NCBI GenBank assembly: GCA_034717975.1
Contig: JAYEMF010000120.1
Span: 1 to 32,987, forward strand
From: Campylobacterota bacterium
GTDB taxonomy: Bacteria > Campylobacterota > Campylobacteria > Campylobacterales > Sulfurimonadaceae
DNA: 32,987 nt
Direction of reading: 5' to 3'
The translations under genes were made by a program, and so were the position numbers. Below are positions 26,816 to 32,987 of this stretch, in pieces. Each line of letters starts with the position of its first letter. The first letter of the stretch is position 1. The notes beneath the pieces were generated by a model. It did not search any database. It was not told the origin of the DNA and saw only the letters and a list, made by a program, of their open reading frames with translations.

Positions 26816-27205
26816 ATGGCAAAAACATATGCAACAGGACGTCGTAAAGCGTCTATCGCAAAAGTATGGTTGACTCCAGGTAGCGGTAAAATTACTGTTA
26901 ACGGTCTTTCACTAGACGCATGGCTTGGTGGTCTTGAAGCGAAGAAACTTCGTGTCAAGCAGCCTTTGGCATTGACTAAGCAAGACACTTCAGTTGATAT
27001 CGTAGCTACTACACTTGGTGGTGGTTTCGGTGGTCAGGCTGACGCACTTCGCCACGGTATCTCTCGCGCACTTGTCAAATATGATGAGTCATTCCGTGCG
27101 ATTTTGAAACCAGAGGGTATGATGACTCGTGATTCACGTGTTGTTGAACGTAAGAAACCAGGTAAGCGTAAAGCGCGCCGTTCACCTCAATTCTCTAAAC
27201 GTTAA
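26816..27205 (+). CDS. rpsI: 30S ribosomal protein S9
   Basis: [38 protein letters not shown]. Confidence 0.99.
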   Translation: MAKTYATGRRKASIAKVWLTPGSGKITVNGLSLDAWLGGLEAKKLRVKQPLALTKQDTSVDIVATTLGGGFGGQADALRHGISRALVKYDESFRAILKPEGMMTRDSRVVERKKPGKRKARRSPQFSKR

Positions 27206-27214
27206 TCGTTTTTT

Positions 27215-27246
27215 TACAGTGCTTCGGCACTGTACCTCCTTTTTTT
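27215..27246 (+). terminator. Intrinsic terminator after rpsI
   Basis: TACAGTGC-TTCG-GCACTGTA followed by a T-rich tract. Confidence 0.8.
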
Positions 27247-27273
27247 CACTTTTCTTATTTTTCACTTTTCTTA
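27242..27273. repeat. 16-bp tandem duplication TTTTTCACTTTTCTTA x2
   Basis: Seen directly. Confidence 0.7.
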
Positions 27274-27447
27274 TTTTTTAGACGAATTACTTTATTTTAA
27301 ATAGTTAAATTGTTATTTTCAGTAATGCTTGTATGGACTTTAGTGGGTACACAGCTTCGTTTGTCACTATGTTCCAAATCTCGCAACTGTCCCGCGTTTA
27401 GATGCCGTTGTCCTTTTTCGTTATAATCTCGAAAAAAAGAGTGTTTA

Positions 27448-28962
27448 GTGCCTCAATTGCTTCTTATTTTACTTTTTTGTTTTTCACTTAGTGCATCGAC
27501 ACTTCATCTGGCGACATCGGCCAATCCTTCACGTATCAATCCTATTTTAGCGACCGATTCAAGCAGTTCAGAGATCGCCGGTTTTATCTTTAACGGCCTT
27601 GTAAAATACGATAAAGATGCGAACGAGATCATTGGTGACCTGGCAGAGTCCTATCGTTTTGAAAATAACACGACACTGATCTTTGAACTTCGGGACAATG
27701 TACGATGGCAGGATGGCAGGCCTTTTACAGCCGATGATGTCGTATTTACCTACAACATTATAAATTCTCCTAAAGTGGTCTCCCCATATACATCAACGTT
27801 TCGGATGGTCGAATCCGTTGTAGCAGTGGACCCGCTAAGTGTAAAAGTAGTTTACAAAGAGCCGTACTTCAAGGCGCTTGAAACCTGGATGATGGGAATT
27901 TTGCCGAAGCATCTGCTTGAAAATGAAAAAGATATGATGAGTGCAGGGTTCAATACCGCTCCGGTCGGTACTGGCCCGTACAGACTCTCCAAGTTAGAGT
28001 TTTCAAAAAATATAGAACTCGTTGCCAATGATGATTATTTTGAACATCGTCCCTATATAGACAAAATCTCCTTTCATGTGATTGCCGATCCGATGACCCG
28101 TTTTTTGATGCTTAAATCCGGGGAACTTGATATCGGTTCACTTGAAGCGATGCAGATGGAACGCCAGCTGGACAGTGCTTTTTTTAAACGTTTTGATGTG
28201 ATTGAAGATATTTCTCACTCCTACACCTATCTTGGCTTCAACCTGCGTCTTGAAAAGTTTAAAGATTCTCGCGTGCGTAAGGCATTGTCACTTGCAGTGA
28301 ACCGGGAGGAGCTTGTCGACATTCTTTTTCTTAAGCATGGTCGCGAGTGCAGTGGACCATTTCTGCCTGGCGGTCCTTCATTCAATGAAGATGTTAAAGT
28401 TCCCAAGCAGAATATCGAGCGGGCAAAAGAGCTGCTGAAAGAGGCCGGATACAGTAGTGAACAGCCGTTGACCTTTGAAATAGCCACCTCTAACTCAAGT
28501 TCTATACGCCCCTACGCAGCGCAGATCGTTCAACATCAGCTGGCCAAGATCGGTGTCGAGGTGACACTTCGTGTGATGGAGTGGCAGGCTTTCTTGAATA
28601 TGGTGGTTTTCCCAAGAAAATTTGAAACAGTTCTATTGGGTTGGTCGCTGTCGTTAAGCCCGGATCCCTATCTGCTATGGCATTCGGATAACGACAAACC
28701 CGGAGCTTTTAACTTCATTGGATATAACAATATATCAGTCGATAGGTTGATAGAGAAGATGCAGTATACGGTCGATCGAAACAGACTCTCTGAAATTCAG
28801 CAAAAGATTTTTGCCGATATTGTTGTGGATGACCCCTATCTATTTCTATATATCCCCAATTCTATTACCGTAGTGAACCGTTCCATCAAAAATGTCGAAC
28901 CGAGCCTCAATGGCATCTGGCATAATTTTATTGATTGGAAAAAAGAGGAACCTGTGGAATGA
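27448..28962 (+). CDS. Peptide/nickel ABC transporter substrate-binding protein (family 5, AppA/OppA-like)
   Basis: Signal peptide, GDLAESY, WQDGRPFTADDVVFT, PVGTGPY, VRKALSLAVNRE; TATAAT at 27422-27427. Confidence 0.92.
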   Translation: MPQLLLILLFCFSLSASTLHLATSANPSRINPILATDSSSSEIAGFIFNGLVKYDKDANEIIGDLAESYRFENNTTLIFELRDNVRWQDGRPFTADDVVFTYNIINSPKVVSPYTSTFRMVESVVAVDPLSVKVVYKEPYFKALETWMMGILPKHLLENEKDMMSAGFNTAPVGTGPYRLSKLEFSKNIELVANDDYFEHRPYIDKISFHVIADPMTRFLMLKSGELDIGSLEAMQMERQLDSAFFKRFDVIEDISHSYTYLGFNLRLEKFKDSRVRKALSLAVNREELVDILFLKHGRECSGPFLPGGPSFNEDVKVPKQNIERAKELLKEAGYSSEQPLTFEIATSNSSSIRPYAAQIVQHQLAKIGVEVTLRVMEWQAFLNMVVFPRKFETVLLGWSLSLSPDPYLLWHSDNDKPGAFNFIGYNNISVDRLIEKMQYTVDRNRLSEIQQKIFADIVVDDPYLFLYIPNSITVVNRSIKNVEPSLNGIWHNFIDWKKEEPVE

Positions 28963-29606
28963 CTATTTTATTTGATCTTGATGGCACGTTGATCGACTCG
29001 ACGGAAGCAATTCTGGAAAGTTTTCATAACTCCTATAGAGTACATGAACGGCCTTCGCCGGATAATGAGGCGATCAAAGCCCTGATCGGCCATCCGCTTG
29101 ATGTGATGTACCGTGAACTTGGCATAGAAGAGGCAATGGTCTGGACTTTTGTCGATACCTACAAAGCACATTACCGTAAGATCTCCTGTGAAAAAACAGT
29201 TTTGCTGGAGTGTGCCAGAGATGCGATTGAAGAGGCATCAAAGTTTGCCAGACTGGGGATCGTTACTACCAAAACAGGTAAATATTCACGTGAACTGCTT
29301 GAGCATTTTGGTGTGATGCACTATTTTGAAGTATTGATCGGTCGTGAAGATGTGGAAAATCCGAAACCTCATCCCGAACCGATCCATAAAGCACTCGAAA
29401 TGATGGCCTGTGACAAAAAACATTGCTGGATGATCGGTGATACCAGATTGGATGTTGAAGCGGCTCAAAATGCATCGATAGAGTGTGTCGCAGTAAGCAG
29501 CGGATATGATAATGTGGAAGAATTATCAAAATTAATTGATATTATTGAAAAAGATGCTCTGAAAGCGGTCCGTTTTATTGCTGACAAGGGCAAAAATAAC
29601 ACATGA
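28959..29606 (+). CDS. HAD-family hydrolase (phosphoglycolate phosphatase-like)
   Basis: ILFDLDGTLIDS, VTTK, PKPHPEP, MIGDT; ATGA overlap with the upstream stop. Confidence 0.9.
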   Translation: MTILFDLDGTLIDSTEAILESFHNSYRVHERPSPDNEAIKALIGHPLDVMYRELGIEEAMVWTFVDTYKAHYRKISCEKTVLLECARDAIEEASKFARLGIVTTKTGKYSRELLEHFGVMHYFEVLIGREDVENPKPHPEPIHKALEMMACDKKHCWMIGDTRLDVEAAQNASIECVAVSSGYDNVEELSKLIDIIEKDALKAVRFIADKGKNNT

Positions 29607-29723
29607 TAAAAAGCATTATTTAGAAGGTTTTAAAGACAAGCTACATTTAAGAGCAACTTGCTTAAAATTGTGTAACATTTAGAATTGAGTTAAGTTCAAT
29701 TTGAAATAAATGAAGGAGTATTC

Positions 29724-30281
29724 ATGCTAGAAATTAGATGGCATAGCCGTGCCGGACAGGGTGCCGTTACCGGTGCTAAAGGTTTGGCTGATGTTATATC
29801 GACTACCGGTAAGGAAGTTCAGGCATTTGCATTTTACGGATCTGCTAAACGTGGAGCGGCAATGACTGCCTACAACCGTGTCGACGATCAACCGATCATG
29901 AATCATGAAAAATACATGAATCCTGATTATGTCTTTGTTATTGATCCTGCTTTAACTTATACGGCAGATATTACTGCGAATGATACAGAAAATACTGTTT
30001 ATATCATTACGACCCATTTGAGCAGAACGGAGCTGATCAAGTCTCAGCCGAAACTTGAAGGTAAAAAAGTACATGCTGTTGACTGCATCAAAATTGCGCA
30101 GGAGACTATTGGACGTCCTATTCCAAATACACCTATGCTAGGTGCTTTTATGAAGATTTCAGGGATGTATGAGATTGACTTTTTTAAAGAGAGTATGGTT
30201 CGTGTGCTTTCCAAACTACCCCAAAAAATTGTTGACGCTAATATGGACGCAATCCAGCGTGCATATGATGAAGTAGATTAA
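29724..30281 (+). CDS. porC: Pyruvate:ferredoxin/flavodoxin oxidoreductase gamma subunit
   Basis: EIRWHSRAGQGAVT, YGSAKRGA, PNTPMLGA. Confidence 0.95.
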   Translation: MLEIRWHSRAGQGAVTGAKGLADVISTTGKEVQAFAFYGSAKRGAAMTAYNRVDDQPIMNHEKYMNPDYVFVIDPALTYTADITANDTENTVYIITTHLSRTELIKSQPKLEGKKVHAVDCIKIAQETIGRPIPNTPMLGAFMKISGMYEIDFFKESMVRVLSKLPQKIVDANMDAIQRAYDEVD

Positions 30282-30288
30282 GGAGTTC

Positions 30289-30687
30289 ATGATGGAAAAT
30301 AACGGATGGAATGATTTTGAAATCGGTGCGATGCTTCGCTCGTTTGAAGGTCCTGCTAGTAACATTGCTACAACACTTCAAGAAGATCGTAACTACTCTA
30401 ACTCCAACTCGTTTACTGCTTCGGTAGCGGATTGGCGTATTGAAAAACCACTTTTCAACAAAGATTACTGTATTGACTGCCAGTTCTGCTGGCTCTATTG
30501 TCCGGATATGTCAATCATCGCACGTGATAAAAAGATGATCGGTGTAGATATGGATCACTGTAAAGGGTGTGGTATCTGTGTTGAGGTATGCCCTACAAAC
30601 CCTAAATCACTATTGATGTTCCCTGAACAAAAAGATGATGAAGAAGCGCTCGCTGAGTGGCCAGAGAAAGAGGAAAAGGAAAAATAA
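30289..30687 (+). CDS. porD: POR delta subunit (2x[4Fe-4S])
   Basis: CIDCQFCWLYCP and CKGCGICVEVCP. Confidence 0.95.
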   Translation: MMENNGWNDFEIGAMLRSFEGPASNIATTLQEDRNYSNSNSFTASVADWRIEKPLFNKDYCIDCQFCWLYCPDMSIIARDKKMIGVDMDHCKGCGICVEVCPTNPKSLLMFPEQKDDEEALAEWPEKEEKEK

Positions 30688-31910
30688 TGGCATTTGACAA
30701 AATGGAATTACGTGACATTGAAGTTTGGGATGGTAACTTTGCTGCTGCCCAGGCACTTCGTCAATCACAGGTCGATGTAGTTGCGGCGTATCCTATTACA
30801 CCTTCAACGCCGATCGTTGAAGGCTATGCCAAGTTTTTGGCAGATGGTTATGTTGAAGGCGAGTTTGTTATGGTTGAGTCCGAACATGCTGCGATGTCAG
30901 GGTGTATTGGTGCAGCAGCTGCCGGTGGGCGTGTTGCAACGGCTACCTCTTCTCAGGGTTTTGCCTTGATGGCAGAGACGCTTTACCAGGCATCCGGTAT
31001 GCGTTTACCAATTATTCTAAATGTTGTTAACCGTGCGTTGGCATCACCATTGAACGTAAATGGTGACCACTCAGATATGTATCTTGGACGCGACTCTGGC
31101 TGGATTCAGTTTGATTCTTACTCTCCGCAGGAAGCGTATGACTTGAACTTTATAGCTTTCAAAGTATCGGAAGATCATGATATTCGCCTTCCGGCAATGG
31201 TACACCAAGATGGTTTCATGACGTCACATACGGCACAAGGTGTTAAGACATTGACGGACGATCAGGGTTATGGTTTTGTCGGTGAATATCAGCCAATGAA
31301 TGATATGCTTGATCTTGACCACCCGGTAACCCATGGTGTTCAGACTGAAGAAGATTGGCACTTTGAGCATAAGGCACGTCAACACAATGACCTTATGACA
31401 AAAGTTATGCCGAAGATCCAAGAGGCGTTTGATGCGTTTGAAAAGCTCTCTGGTCGTAAATACAATATCGTAGAAAACTATGATATGGATGATGCTGACG
31501 TAGCGGTAGTCTGTATGGGTACTTCGGTTGAAACAGCTCGTGAAGTGGCCAAAGAGATGCGCGCAGAAGGTATTAAAGCCGGTGTTGTCGGCATCCGTGT
31601 CTTCCGTCCATTCCCATTTGCTGAGATCATCGAGTCGTTGAAAGATATCAAAGCAATCGCTGCTCTGGACCGCTCTTCACCAAATGGTGCTCCTGGTGCA
31701 CTTTTCAATGAACTTGCCGGTGCCCTGTTTAACACTGAGAGCAAAGCACTGCTTTCCGGTTATGTTTATGGTTTGGGTGGACGTGACTTGACGAAAGCAC
31801 ATCTGGTAGATCTATATAAAGAGTTACAAGCCAATGCAGATGCAGGTAAAGTTTTAACTCCACTACAACAGTTTATCGGCGTACGCGGTCCGAAACTGGC
31901 TTACTTATAA
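30687..31910 (+). CDS. porA: POR alpha subunit
   Basis: YPITPST, ESEHAAMS, TATSSQG, YGLGGRD; ATG 30687 overlaps the porD stop. Confidence 0.96.
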   Translation: MAFDKMELRDIEVWDGNFAAAQALRQSQVDVVAAYPITPSTPIVEGYAKFLADGYVEGEFVMVESEHAAMSGCIGAAAAGGRVATATSSQGFALMAETLYQASGMRLPIILNVVNRALASPLNVNGDHSDMYLGRDSGWIQFDSYSPQEAYDLNFIAFKVSEDHDIRLPAMVHQDGFMTSHTAQGVKTLTDDQGYGFVGEYQPMNDMLDLDHPVTHGVQTEEDWHFEHKARQHNDLMTKVMPKIQEAFDAFEKLSGRKYNIVENYDMDDADVAVVCMGTSVETAREVAKEMRAEGIKAGVVGIRVFRPFPFAEIIESLKDIKAIAALDRSSPNGAPGALFNELAGALFNTESKALLSGYVYGLGGRDLTKAHLVDLYKELQANADAGKVLTPLQQFIGVRGPKLAYL

Positions 31911-31920
31911 GGAGAACAGA

Positions 31921-32874
31921 ATGAGTGAAATTAAAAAAATTAAAAACTTAAAAGAGTTCTCAACATCAGCGGACCGTTTTGAAGGTGCAAACCTCCTATG
32001 TCCAGGGTGTGCGCACTCGATTATTGTACGTGAGATCCTGAATGCTACGAATGACGATCTTATCCTTTCGTCATCAACAGGTTGTCTTGAAGTATGTACA
32101 GCAGTTTATCCATACACTTCTTGGGATGCTTCATGGATTCATATCGGGTTTGAAAACAGCTCAACAGCAGTTGCCGGTGCTGAAGCTATGCATAAAGCGT
32201 TGAAAAACAAAGGGCGTCTAAAACAAGATCGTGATCCGAAATTTGTATCGTTCTCAGGTGATGGTGCCGCTTACGATATCGGTTTCCAGTGGATCTCCGG
32301 CTGTTTCGAGCGTGGTCACAACATCATGCAGGTTGTTTTGGATAATGAGGTCTACGCCAACACCGGCGGACAGCGTTCATCTTCGACTCCGATCGGTTCA
32401 AGTGCGACGACATCTCCTGCCGGTCGTATTAGCTATGGTGAAAAGCAGAACAAAAAAGATATGCTCTCCATTATGGCAGCACATGGTGCTCCATATGTAG
32501 CACAGGTTGCTCCAAACAAATGGAAAGATATGATCAAGAAAATTCAACACGGTTTTGCTGTTGAAGGTCCTGTTTTCATCAATGCTATGTCTGCATGTAC
32601 GACTGAGTGGAAATTTGATCCGGCTGATACAATTGCCGTTTCTGACCTGGCTACAGATTCACTGGTCTTCCCACTTTACGAGATCATTGATGGTAAAAAA
32701 CTGAACATCACTTACCGTCCTAAAAATGTTGTTCCGGTAGAAGAGTACCTTGCAGCACAGGGACGTTTTAAGCACCTCTTTAAAGATGAGTACAAATACC
32801 TCATTAAAGAGTGGCAAGAGCGTATTGACGGTAACTGGGAATATCTCCAGCGCCGCGAAGAAGCTGGTGTCTAA
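31921..32874 (+). CDS. porB: POR beta subunit (TPP-binding)
   Basis: LCPGCAH, GCLEV, GDGAAYDIG, DNEVYANTGGQRS. Confidence 0.96.
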   Translation: MSEIKKIKNLKEFSTSADRFEGANLLCPGCAHSIIVREILNATNDDLILSSSTGCLEVCTAVYPYTSWDASWIHIGFENSSTAVAGAEAMHKALKNKGRLKQDRDPKFVSFSGDGAAYDIGFQWISGCFERGHNIMQVVLDNEVYANTGGQRSSSTPIGSSATTSPAGRISYGEKQNKKDMLSIMAAHGAPYVAQVAPNKWKDMIKKIQHGFAVEGPVFINAMSACTTEWKFDPADTIAVSDLATDSLVFPLYEIIDGKKLNITYRPKNVVPVEEYLAAQGRFKHLFKDEYKYLIKEWQERIDGNWEYLQRREEAGV

Positions 32875-32890
32875 AAGAAGACATCTCCCT

Positions 32891-32917
32891 TCGTTATTCC
32901 CGCGCAGGCGGGAATCT
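32891..32917. repeat. dRS3/REP-like palindrome ATTCCC-N8-GGGAAT (may double as the por terminator)
   Basis: TCGTTATTCCCGCGCAGGCGGGAATCT; ATTCCCGC-GCAG-GCGGGAAT stem at 32896-32915. Confidence 0.65.
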
Positions 32918-32987
32918 TAACTTATATTCCCACAATTTTCTTCTTTCTTCTAAACTATACATCAACTCTTTGTTAAAATAGTGTTTC

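Noticed and set aside
27370..27410. CGCAACTGT word suggesting a cobalamin riboswitch before the binding protein
   Set aside because: Other B12-element motifs are absent, and the TATAAT at 27422 places it upstream of the likely TSS
29683..29700. FNR-like box upstream of porC (TTGAG-TTAAG-TTCAA)
   Set aside because: Wrong spacing and half-sites versus TTGAT-N4-ATCAA

Overview
Chromosomal window from a Campylobacterota (epsilonproteobacterial) genome, probably Sulfurimonas/Sulfuricurvum-like. This is inferred from gene order, TTTAAG..TAnAAT promoters and a four-subunit POR. Most of it (5.1-33 kb) is conserved core: pckA, an MFS transporter, rdgB, uppP, a class V aminotransferase-hisZ-purA-fliJ-motE-DUF507-carA block, the cbb3 oxidase operon ccoNOQP with accessory genes (including a 33-aa ORF missing from the track), addBA, rplM-rpsI, an orphan peptide-binding protein, a HAD hydrolase and porCDAB. 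The first 5 kb looks accessory and is the most interesting part. It holds a TonB-dependent receptor (5' part, missing from the ORF track) preceded by a His-rich CxxC uORF ending in RSPP-stop, which resembles CruR/CutF-type ribosome-stalling metal sensors. It also holds a RAYT-type HUH Y1 transposase with a GGGGTCAG motif upstream, a degenerate WGR protein, and a DccRS/CrdRS-like two-component system. Converging on that system are a cytochrome c553 and a cytochrome-c-like protein with no CxxCH, whose promoter carries a DccR-box-like 11-bp direct repeat. No tRNA, full rRNA, CRISPR array or prophage was seen. All family calls come from motif recognition by eye; no searches were run.
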